Shown: positions 38,864 through 47,600 of the stretch, piece by piece
How positions within the stretch are numbered: the stretch's first letter is position 1
How the letters are laid out: every line of letters begins with the position of its first letter
From: Candidatus Omnitrophota bacterium
GTDB taxonomy: Bacteria > Omnitrophota > Gorgyraeia > Gygaellales > JBFMHM01
Assembly: GCA_040753015.1 (NCBI GenBank)
Contig: JBFMHM010000002.1
Span: forward strand, 102,111-166,110
Reading direction: 5' to 3'
Length of the DNA stretch: 64,000 nt
The notes under the pieces: generated by a model
Databases searched by the model: none
Told to the model about the DNA's origin: nothing
What the model saw: only the letters and a program-made list of their open reading frames with translations
Translations under genes and position numbers: made by a program

Positions 38864-40575
38864 TAGATTAAACTTTCTTTCTGTAAATCTTCGATGATTT
38901 TTTTGGTCAAATATGAGCTAGCTGCTCCGCTGCCACCATTCTCTAAAAACACGCAAATTGAAATTTTCGGATTATCTGCCGGTAAATAACCTACAAACCA
39001 ACCATGTGATTCTTTACCTGCCACCTGCGCAGTTCCTGTTTTACCCGCTATGCTTAAATCCTGCATATAAAGATTGTGCGCTGTGCCATCGGACCTATCA
39101 ACTACACCAAAAAGCCCTTCTTTTACAATCTGTAAATTATTATTATTTTTAAAAGTTAATTTTTTAATAACCGGTGATTTCTTTACATCTCCTATTTGCT
39201 TAACAATATACGGCTTTACCAATAAACCGTTGGTTGCAAAAACATTAATCATTACAGCCATCTGAATTGGAGTAGTCAATAAATCGCCCTGGCCGATCGA
39301 AAAATTAGCCGTATCTCCATCAAACCAGCCGCGGAATTTCTTAACACGTTTCCAAAATGGGCTAGGAACTAACCCCTTATTTTCATTAGGCAAATCTATA
39401 CCTGTATGTTCGCCTAAATTGAATTTTTGTGCGTACTCAGCAATTAAGTTTGGGCCTAATATTAGTCCTAAATTATAAAAATAAACATCGCAAGAATGCT
39501 CAATCGCCTCAATCATATTTTGTAAACCGTGTATACTCCAACAGCCAAAATTTCTTGCACCCACCTTCATAAACCCTTTACAATCAAACTTCTTAGTTAA
39601 ATTAATTTTTTTTGTCTCAAGGCCTGCCATACTAACCACAGGCTTAAAAATCGACCCAGGAGGAAAAACCCCAGAAATAGCCCTATTTAAAAGAGGCGAC
39701 GACTTGCTTTTTAACAGCATTTTTATTCTATCCCTATCATCCTTATTTTGTGAAATAAACCAACCTGGATTAAAATTCGGGCTTGAGGCAAGGGCAAGTA
39801 TTTCACCTGTTTTGGATGACATAATAACAACTGCTCCCTTTTTACCGATAAGTGAATTTTCTACTATTCTTTGAATAGCCGCATCTATAGTTAAATATAA
39901 CGAAGCACCATCCTTCGGTTTTCGCACACCTAAAATACTTACAAGCCTCCCTCTATGATCAACTTCAATTTGCATACCACCCTTAGCTTCTCTTAAAAAA
40001 TAATCATATTTTTCTTCAATCCCAGAAAAACCAACTAAATCCGTAGGATTATATCCATACGGCTTTAACAACTGCAGCCTTGTTTTATCAATCTTGGAAA
40101 GATAACCTAAGACATGAGAACACAGGCTGCTGAAAGGATAATAACGGGTATAATTTTTTTCTATGATTACTCCGGGTAAATCAAGTTTATTCTCCTCAAT
40201 TTTTATAATTTCATTTCTGGAAATATGTTTTTTTATAACTGCTGGAATAAAAGGAGCGGCATAATTTTTTTTGAATTCTTTTTCTAAAATATCCTTATCT
40301 TCGCCTAATATCTTTGAAACTTGATTTAGAGCTTTATCTTTATCTGTTTCTTGCAAAACAATACTTAAATCAAAAGATGACTTATTTTCTACTATAATTT
40401 TTCCATTCCTATCAAAGATTTCACCTCTCATTGAATCCAAGGGAATAATACGAATGCAATTTTTTTTACTTAAGGAATTGAAAAAATTGCCTTTGATAAT
40501 TTGGAAAAAGAATAAAGTAAAAATTAAAATAATAAATCCGCCGGCAAAAATTATTTTAACTAATCGATTGGACAT
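38863..40575 (-). CDS. mrdA: penicillin-binding protein 2 (elongasome transpeptidase)
   Basis: Motifs SxxK (GSIFKP), SxN and KTG (AGKTGTAQ) are present, with an N-terminal TM anchor. Confidence 0.9.
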   Translation of the reverse strand: MSNRLVKIIFAGGFIILIFTLFFFQIIKGNFFNSLSKKNCIRIIPLDSMRGEIFDRNGKIIVENKSSFDLSIVLQETDKDKALNQVSKILGEDKDILEKEFKKNYAAPFIPAVIKKHISRNEIIKIEENKLDLPGVIIEKNYTRYYPFSSLCSHVLGYLSKIDKTRLQLLKPYGYNPTDLVGFSGIEEKYDYFLREAKGGMQIEVDHRGRLVSILGVRKPKDGASLYLTIDAAIQRIVENSLIGKKGAVVIMSSKTGEILALASSPNFNPGWFISQNKDDRDRIKMLLKSKSSPLLNRAISGVFPPGSIFKPVVSMAGLETKKINLTKKFDCKGFMKVGARNFGCWSIHGLQNMIEAIEHSCDVYFYNLGLILGPNLIAEYAQKFNLGEHTGIDLPNENKGLVPSPFWKRVKKFRGWFDGDTANFSIGQGDLLTTPIQMAVMINVFATNGLLVKPYIVKQIGDVKKSPVIKKLTFKNNNNLQIVKEGLFGVVDRSDGTAHNLYMQDLSIAGKTGTAQVAGKESHGWFVGYLPADNPKISICVFLENGGSGAASSYLTKKIIEDLQKESLI

Positions 40576-40585
40576 ATTATTTAAA

Positions 40586-41056
40586 TTAACGATATGAAAT
40601 TTTAATTTTAAAATAATTAAATAATTTTTTTAATAAATAAATTATTGCCAAGCTTAGCAAAAAAGTATAAAAAGCAGCAATAATAATTAATCTTATCGAG
40701 AAATTGTGCGAGAAGACCGCGAGAATCAAAAAATTGATAATAACCCCTATAAAAATAATCAGGCCTTGAGTAAATATCTGCTCCCTATAAACCTTAAATT
40801 TAATCCTTTTTAAAAATATATTCCATAGAGTATAAGTAATAATATTTAAACCAAAAAGGCCCGAAGAAAAGATATCTAATAATAAACCATTAAAAGCTGA
40901 AAGCATAAAAGATAAAGGATCCTTCAAAAGAAGGCTAAAAAAGACACATAGAATGAATAAAAATTGAGGTGTTATATTTGTATTAAAATAATAATTCCAA
41001 TTCAGTTGAATAAAAGCTGTAATTAGGCAAATAAAAAATAAAACAATAGCTCTCAT
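40586..41056 (-). CDS. mreD: MreD
   Basis: It is a small polytopic membrane protein directly after mreC. Confidence 0.6.
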   Translation of the reverse strand: MRAIVLFFICLITAFIQLNWNYYFNTNITPQFLFILCVFFSLLLKDPLSFMLSAFNGLLLDIFSSGLFGLNIITYTLWNIFLKRIKFKVYREQIFTQGLIIFIGVIINFLILAVFSHNFSIRLIIIAAFYTFLLSLAIIYLLKKLFNYFKIKISYR

Positions 41057-41803
41057 CTAACTAATTACAACCAGTACTGTTTCTAATTTTTCCAGCTCAA
41101 CAGATGGTTTCACAATTACAACTAAATCTTTATTAAAAATGTCTTTTTCAACTCTAACTACTTCCCCAATCAACACGCCTTTAGGATAAACTGTACTTAA
41201 ATTTGATGTTATAATCTTATCGCCACTTGTTACATCGTCATCTTCTACATATTTCATTATTAAATACCCACCGATACCTCCACAAATTATCCCTTGGCTG
41301 CGTGTACGGGAAATTATAGCGCTTATACTTAGACTCGAATCAGTGATTAATAGTACTTGAGAACAATCATCTCCGGAATCAATAACTCTACCAACTAAAC
41401 CACCTTCATTTATAACTACCATACCTTTTCTAATACCTGCCTTAAGGCCCTTATCAATAATTATTGTTGTGGAAAAACCGGATAGGTCACCGCCGATTAC
41501 ATTAGCCCCTCTTAATTTCAATGCAGAAGATTGCTTAAAATCAAATAATTTTTTTAATTGTAAATTTTCTCTTTTAAGATTGTCAATAATAATTTGATTA
41601 TTCGCAAGACTCATATTTTCACTTTTTAATTTTTTATTTTCAGCTAAAAGCTGATTATAGGTGGCAATGCTTATCTTAATTGATGAAAAAAAACTAAGAG
41701 GATTTCTGAAAAGGTCAATTAGATTTAATCTAAAAGGTATAATAAAATGGATTACAACAATTACAATTAATATAACTGGAAGGATGAAGGACTTTACCTT
41801 CAT
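41057..41803 (-). CDS. mreC: MreC
   Basis: It has an N-terminal TM segment, a coiled coil, and a beta-rich C-terminal domain. Confidence 0.8.
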   Translation of the reverse strand: MKVKSFILPVILIVIVVIHFIIPFRLNLIDLFRNPLSFFSSIKISIATYNQLLAENKKLKSENMSLANNQIIIDNLKRENLQLKKLFDFKQSSALKLRGANVIGGDLSGFSTTIIIDKGLKAGIRKGMVVINEGGLVGRVIDSGDDCSQVLLITDSSLSISAIISRTRSQGIICGGIGGYLIMKYVEDDDVTSGDKIITSNLSTVYPKGVLIGEVVRVEKDIFNKDLVVIVKPSVELEKLETVLVVIS

Positions 41804-41807
41804 TAGA

Positions 41808-42878
41808 TTATACTTCTGACTTTGTAGAAACGGTTACACGTCTTAAATAATGAATCTCGTTTAAAACTGCGCCTGTGCCAAGAGCAACTGCTCTTGTTGG
41901 ATCATCAGCAACATGCACAGGAAGCCCTGTTTCTTCGCTGATTAACTTATCAAGGCCGCGCAAAAGCGAACCCCCTCCTGCCATAACAATTCCATGCTCA
42001 ATTAAATCTGCAGCAAGCTCGGGAGGCGTTCTCTCAAGAACAATTTTTGCAGCATCAACAATCGCTTTAACCGGTTCACTCAAAGCCTCGCGTATCTCAT
42101 CAGATGTAATTGTAATAGTTTTTGGAAGGCCAGCAATTAAATCTCTGCCTTTAACTTCTAGAGTAAGGCGCTCTTCTAAAGGATAGGCTGAACCTATTTT
42201 CATTTTTATATCTTCAGCTGTACGCTCGCCAACCATAAGGTTATATGCTTTTTTCAAATACTCAATTATCGCTACATCCATTTCATCTCCAGCGATACGG
42301 ATTGACTTTGAGAAGACAATACCTGCTAATGATATAACTGCAATCTCTGTTGTACCACCTCCAATATCAATAATCATATTGCCTATTGGTTCTTGAATAG
42401 GCAGACCTACGCCAATCGCCGCTGCAACCGGTTCTTCGACTAGAAATATCTCTCGAACCCCTGCGCGTTCTGCCGAATCTTCAACAGCTCTTTTCTCAAC
42501 TTCCGTAATTCCAGAAGGAATCGCAATAACCATGCGCGGACGAACTAAAACTTTACGATTATGGACTTTTTTTATGAAGTGGCGAAGCATTGCCTCGGTA
42601 ATTTCAAAATCAGCAATAACGCCATCTTTCATCGGGCGAATTGCTACTATATCACCAGGTGTCCTACCAAGCATTCGTTTTGCCTCAGCGCCAACTGCTA
42701 AAACTTGCGATGTCCCCTTTTTAATCGCAACAACGGAAGGCTCGCATAAAACAACCCCTTGTCCTTTTACATAAACAAGAGTTGTAGCAGTGCCAAGGTC
42801 TATCCCCATATCATTGGAAAATAAACCACCGACATAATTTATGACAGTATTAAATATATTATTAAATTTTGTTTTCAT
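41808..42878 (-). CDS. mreB: MreB (start at internal [23 protein letters not shown])
   Basis: It aligns by eye with the E. coli MreB N-terminus ([25 protein letters not shown]) and has the actin fold. Confidence 0.9.
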   Translation of the reverse strand: MKTKFNNIFNTVINYVGGLFSNDMGIDLGTATTLVYVKGQGVVLCEPSVVAIKKGTSQVLAVGAEAKRMLGRTPGDIVAIRPMKDGVIADFEITEAMLRHFIKKVHNRKVLVRPRMVIAIPSGITEVEKRAVEDSAERAGVREIFLVEEPVAAAIGVGLPIQEPIGNMIIDIGGGTTEIAVISLAGIVFSKSIRIAGDEMDVAIIEYLKKAYNLMVGERTAEDIKMKIGSAYPLEERLTLEVKGRDLIAGLPKTITITSDEIREALSEPVKAIVDAAKIVLERTPPELAADLIEHGIVMAGGGSLLRGLDKLISEETGLPVHVADDPTRAVALGTGAVLNEIHYLRRVTVSTKSEV

Positions 42879-42925
42879 ATAAATTATAAGGCTTATGCAG
42901 AATATATCAAATGAATGCGCTAGTG

Positions 42926-43561
42926 TCAAGAAAAAATGTGCCGGATTATTTCATCACTTAATGCCTGCCTCGTAACAACCATTTTAATATTCTTAGTACG
43001 ATCTATTATATAAGCAATATGTTTTCTTTTTTTAATCTGTTTTAAATCGTTAGCAACAACTAAATCTGAATTATTTTTTAGTAGATCTTTATAAGAAGAA
43101 TTAATCAGCTCATCTTTATCTTTATTAACTTCTAATTTAAACTGGACTAGAAAAATTTTTGGATCATATTTTTTAATCAACCTGATAATTTTAGGTGTTG
43201 GAATGAGTTTTAAACAAAGATTATTTTTACCAGATTCTATTTTTTGTGCAGAAATTTTTTCAACCCTATAATCGCTTACTGCAGCTAGATGAATTACAGC
43301 ATCATATTTTTTTGTTTTGAGTTCTTGCTCTATTAAAGTAAACAGCTCGTCAAAATATTTAAAACGTTTAATTATAAGATTTGGATTTTTAAGGGTAAAG
43401 CTTTCAGTGACTGGGCCAAGCAATAACGTAACTTTTGCGCCTTGTTTTAGCGCAGTTTTCGTAATAGCAATACCAGTTGCGCCGCTTGAAATATTTGAAA
43501 TTACACGGACTTTGTCAATTGCAACCCATGTTGGGCCGCAAGTTATCAAAATTTTAGGCAT
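42926..43561 (-). CDS. coaB: phosphopantothenate-cysteine ligase (CoaB) as a separate gene
   Basis: It has the CoaB fold ([24 protein letters not shown]). It overlaps the coaC stop by 8 nt. Confidence 0.75.
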   Translation of the reverse strand: MPKILITCGPTWVAIDKVRVISNISSGATGIAITKTALKQGAKVTLLLGPVTESFTLKNPNLIIKRFKYFDELFTLIEQELKTKKYDAVIHLAAVSDYRVEKISAQKIESGKNNLCLKLIPTPKIIRLIKKYDPKIFLVQFKLEVNKDKDELINSSYKDLLKNNSDLVVANDLKQIKKRKHIAYIIDRTKNIKMVVTRQALSDEIIRHIFS

Positions 43562-44129
43562 GCTTAATAATAGTGGATAAAATCAAATCGGCATCTGCCA
43601 TTGCCCCTTTACCAACAGTGCCGCAGGCAAGGCGTGAAATGCGTGGTTCAATAAAAATATATTTTCCGCCTGCTTGCCGGACAGGCAGGGGTATCTTTTT
43701 TAGCGATGCGATATTTTTTTGCATAATCTCGTTTTCCCACATATTTGTATTCATAGCAGGAGCGATTAAAACTTTAGTTTTTTTTGGCAAGGATAAAACT
43801 AATGCCGCTAATAAATTATCGGCAAAACCATAAGAAATTTTTGAGATTATATCTGCTGTGGCTGGGGCAATCACAACTAAATCTGCCCAGTTAGAAAGTT
43901 CAATATGCTGGCAATTAAATTCTGATATGGGTTTAAACATATCAGTGTAAACCGGATTTTGCGTAAGCGACTGAATTGTTAACGGAGTGATAAAATTACA
44001 CGCGTCAGGCGTAAGCACTCCCTTGACATTATAATTTTTGTGCTTTAAAACACTGATTAAATCACACGCCTTATAAGCAGCAATGCTTGCAGTTATTCCA
44101 ATAATGATGTTTTTATTACTAGTAGGCAT
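43554..44129 (-). CDS. coaC: phosphopantothenoylcysteine decarboxylase flavoprotein (CoaC)
   Basis: The flavoprotein N-terminus is IIIGITASIAAYKA. Confidence 0.8.
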   Translation of the reverse strand: MPTSNKNIIIGITASIAAYKACDLISVLKHKNYNVKGVLTPDACNFITPLTIQSLTQNPVYTDMFKPISEFNCQHIELSNWADLVVIAPATADIISKISYGFADNLLAALVLSLPKKTKVLIAPAMNTNMWENEIMQKNIASLKKIPLPVRQAGGKYIFIEPRISRLACGTVGKGAMADADLILSTIIKHA

Positions 44130-44133
44130 ATGT

Positions 44134-44382
44134 TTAAGATGGCTGGGCTATTCTATGTAAAAGCTCAGAAATAAAAGTTTGATACCTTATACCGAGCCGA
44201 TAAGCTTTATGTTTAATGTTTTCTAGGTCTTGCTTATTTACGCGAATATTTAAAACCGCATCTTTCTTCCTTGCAGATATAACACTAATAATTTGTTCGT
44301 ATTCCCGCTTATCCACAGGAACAAAATGCTCAAGATTATCTTCTATCGCCCGCTCTTCTTTTGTTAATTTAATCTTTCTCAT
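44134..44382 (-). CDS. BrnA-like antitoxin (RHH/CopG-like, DUF4415-type)
   Basis: The C-terminal GIRYQTFISELLHRIA resembles the BrnA G.GYQT.IN.ILR.Y motif. It overlaps the upstream toxin by 14 nt. Confidence 0.55.
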   Translation of the reverse strand: MRKIKLTKEERAIEDNLEHFVPVDKREYEQIISVISARKKDAVLNIRVNKQDLENIKHKAYRLGIRYQTFISELLHRIAQPS

Positions 44383-44659
44383 GGTTTCTCCTGTTTTTGT
44401 AAAATTTCGTTAACTTTCTGCTTGGATATATCGTCTTCAAAAATATTATTTCGCCATCTATTACATACGGCACAGCCCACAGATAACCTTTATACTGATA
44501 AATAAGAATTTTCTGATTTTCTCTATTTGGATGCCTACGTATGTCTATTAGCTTTGAAGCAATGATTTCTTCAAACGAAACGCCGCGCGTTTGCTTAAGA
44601 CGCTCGCTCTTTAATTGGCTCCATCTAATATCTTTCATACATTTATTTTGTATATACAA
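44369..44659 (-). CDS. BrnT-like toxin (DUF497, RelE-fold ribonuclease)
   Basis: Conserved elements are W....NE.NQ.KHGVSFEE and RIISAR-like IFLKTIYPSRKLTKFY. The toxin-before-antitoxin order matches BrnTA. Confidence 0.55.
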   Translation of the reverse strand: MYIQNKCMKDIRWSQLKSERLKQTRGVSFEEIIASKLIDIRRHPNRENQKILIYQYKGYLWAVPYVIDGEIIFLKTIYPSRKLTKFYKNRRNHEKD

Positions 44660-44695
44660 TTGTATTATACAAAATAAATAAGTTGTGTCAAGATA

Positions 44696-47600
44696 TTAAT
44701 GATTTAACGCTTCGATTTGGATGAGGCTTAGATCAATGCCGCCAAGGTTAACGGCGCCTTGCGATGGCTGACTTAATGCCTCGGCTGGGCTTTCGCCAGT
44801 GTAAACTCTTGCTCTCTCCTCTAGCGACAATATCGTGCCTGCACGATCGGTTATTTCATCGGAGGAAGCGCCGGCGCGCTGCAATAGCGCCTCGACTGCT
44901 TGATTCCAGTCGGATTGCCTCTTGACTTCTTGTTTTGCCATTATTGAAATAATAACATCTGAAATAAACAATACTATATTACTTATGCCAATAAATCCTA
45001 AAACAATTGGCATCGCAGAAAAAGAAAAACCTAAAGCTATCCCGCCCACCGTTAAATTAGCAAACGGCCCAGCTAATAAAGTAGCTACTTTTTTCCAAGT
45101 TGAAGCTCCCTCATAATTAATATCTGCGCTAGACCAAAGGTTGATCGAATTCACTTTTAATCCAAATAACTTCGCAGTTAAAATATGAGCTGCCTCGTGT
45201 AAAGGCAAAGCAACTACAAAAGCGCTAAACCGTAATAAATTACCCCGCCCGCCCCCCTCTCTTAATAACGCTGCTGTAATTGAACGCGTAGGCTCTCTTC
45301 TATCTACAAAAATAACACCCTTTTTCTTAAAAAAATCATAAAGCTTCTGCTCAGTATCGTAAATCACGCCTAACCTTTCATTATTACTATTTCTATCTTT
45401 ACGAATCGTAGCATTTCTAATTTTATTACCGTTTAAATCGCCATGAAACATTTTTGCGGAAAAGAGATCTGCGTCGGAGAGATCTGCAAAGGAAAGATCT
45501 ACACCACGAAGGTCTGCCTCGGAGAGATTTGCCTTAAAAAGGCTTGCGGTCGAAAGGTCTGCATTGTAAAGGATTGCGCGGGTAAGTCTTGTATTAAAAA
45601 AGCGTGAATTACTAAGGTTTGCTCCGGTAAGGTTTGCATTAAAAAGGTTTGTACGGGAAAGATCTGCGGAGGAAAGATCTGCACCGATAAGATTTACGTA
45701 GCTAAGAATTGCGTTAGTAAGAATTGCACGGGAAAGCTTTGCACCAGAAAGATCTGCGTAGCGAAGCTTTACGCCGGAAAGATCCTTACCAGAAAAATCA
45801 AATTTTGAAAGATCAAGCCTATAAAAAACAGCATTTTTAAAATAAGAAGCTTCGGATAAACTCTTCAAAGCCCTCACAAATTCATCATTAACTACAACTG
45901 TTTGGCCATCTTGAAGAGGCGAGCTTCTAAGATAATCTTGCTTGGCTTGATTAAATTCATCTATTTTTTGTTCTAAAGTTTTACTTGAATCGTTTAAAAT
46001 TTCTGTGAGCTGTTGTAATGTTTCCGCCCAGCCTTCTGGCGAAACGGCTGTAGGCCCGGCAGCTGACGGATCTGCTGGCGGAGTTACATCCGGAGGTGCT
46101 GGTGGCTGTTCATCCTGAGCCTGTCGAAGGACTGGCGCGTCAGCGGCTGGTGCTACAGGCGCAGGAGTTCCAACTTCAGACTCAATTACCTTGCCATCTT
46201 TATCTACTCTTTGCCCTTGCTCGTTAACAAAAATAATACCACGTTCTTGAGTTAAATATCTATATAATCTATCCATATCAAGAGTAACTTCTTTTAAACT
46301 TTTATAGCTTCCTGAATCCAATATCATCGCGTCTTGAATCTTATCTTTATCTAAGTCAGAAAATAACATCCTTGCTCCGGAAAGGTTTGCGTTGGCAAGG
46401 CTTGCGCCGGTAAGGGTTGTACCGCAAAGGTCTGCATTGGAAAGGTTTGCATTAGTAAGGTCTGCGCCAGTAAAATCTGCACCGCGAAAGTCTGCGTAGG
46501 AAAGAACTGCGCCGCGAAGGTCTGCGCCGGAAAGGTCTGCGTTGCGAAGGTCTGCGTAGGGAAGAATTGCGCCGCAAAGGTCTGCGTAGGGAAGAATTGC
46601 GCCGCGAAGGTCTGCGCCGCGAAGGCCTGCGTAGGAAAGAACTGCACCGGAAAGGTTTACGCCGGAAATGTCTGCGTTGCGAAGGTTTGCGTTGCAAAGG
46701 TATGCGTTGCGAAGGTTTAACCTTGAAAGATCTAACCTATAAATAGTACTACCTCTATTATAAAAACATTGTTCTAAACCTTTTATAGCGGTTATAAATT
46801 CAAAATTAACTGCAAGCACCTCACCTTCACTAAGAGGCGAACTTGCAAGAAAATCTTGCTTAGCTTGGTTAAACTCATTTATTTTTTGTTTTAGGGTTTT
46901 ACTAGTATCGCTTAAAATTGCTGTAAGTTGTGTAAGCACACCATCCCAACCTTCTGGCGATACGGCTGTTGCGTCATCTGCAGCTGGCGGATTAGCTGGA
47001 TCCGCTGGCGGAGCTGACGCAGGTGGCTCACCTCGTGGAACCGCAGATGCATCAGCGGTAGGCGCAGCTGCAGCTGAAACAGCACCGTCAATCACATTAC
47101 CATCTTTATCCACAGCTTGCCCTTGCTCGTTAACAAAGATAACACCCCGACTGGTCAGATAATCATACCGCTCTTGTTTAGTTGAATAAACATCATCCAA
47201 TCTTCTCCAAGTCCTAGCATCAATAAATAGTAAAATACCATTAATTTTATCAGTGTCTAAATCACTATAAAACATAACTGTTTGAGAAAGGTCTGGCCCC
47301 ATCTCTTTTTTTCTAGAAATGTATTGCGCGTAAGAAAATATTGCTCCTGATCCCCGACGTGCTATTATTTCAGCATTGCGTCTTAAATACACGTCCTCGG
47401 AAAGATCAAATGGTGCGAAAAGTCTTACACCAGAAATATCCTTTCCAGAAAAATCTAACCTAGAAAGGTCGAGTTGAATACAAATGGCGCTAGCTTGTCT
47501 ATTAAAATACCATGTCCGCTCTAATCTTCTTAAGCCATCCGCAAACGCATCATTAACTTTAAATGTTTGGCTAGATTGAAAAGGAGAGCTTCTAAGATAA

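Noticed and set aside
41808-42929. The long MreB N-terminal extension ([17 protein letters not shown]...) in the supplied ORF
   Set aside because: The extension is hydrophobic and unconserved. An internal Met (MKTKFNNIF...) aligns with the canonical MreB N-terminus, so the upstream part is probably untranslated.
43671-43692. A CCTGCTTGCCGGACAGGCAGG imperfect palindrome inside coaC resembling the intergenic palindrome
   Set aside because: It lies within a conserved coding region (..RQAGGKYI..). It is probably a coincidental codon-driven similarity. I kept it only as a note under the palindrome finding.
45499-46697. ORFs 45499..45684, 46351..46647 and 46452..46697 on the minus strand (QTF/PAQ-rich and RRP-rich translations)
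   Set aside because: These are alternative frames of the pentapeptide repeat DNA inside the giant gene. Their low-complexity translations are artefacts of the 15-nt periodicity.
45430-46760. Highly regular short-period tandem repeats (about 15 nt) at 45.4-45.9 kb and 46.3-46.8 kb, which look like a CRISPR or minisatellite array at the DNA level
   Set aside because: The period is 15 nt, there are no unique spacers, and the repeats lie in-frame inside a long ORF. They translate to A(D/N)LxG pentapeptide repeats. There are no cas genes or leader sequence.
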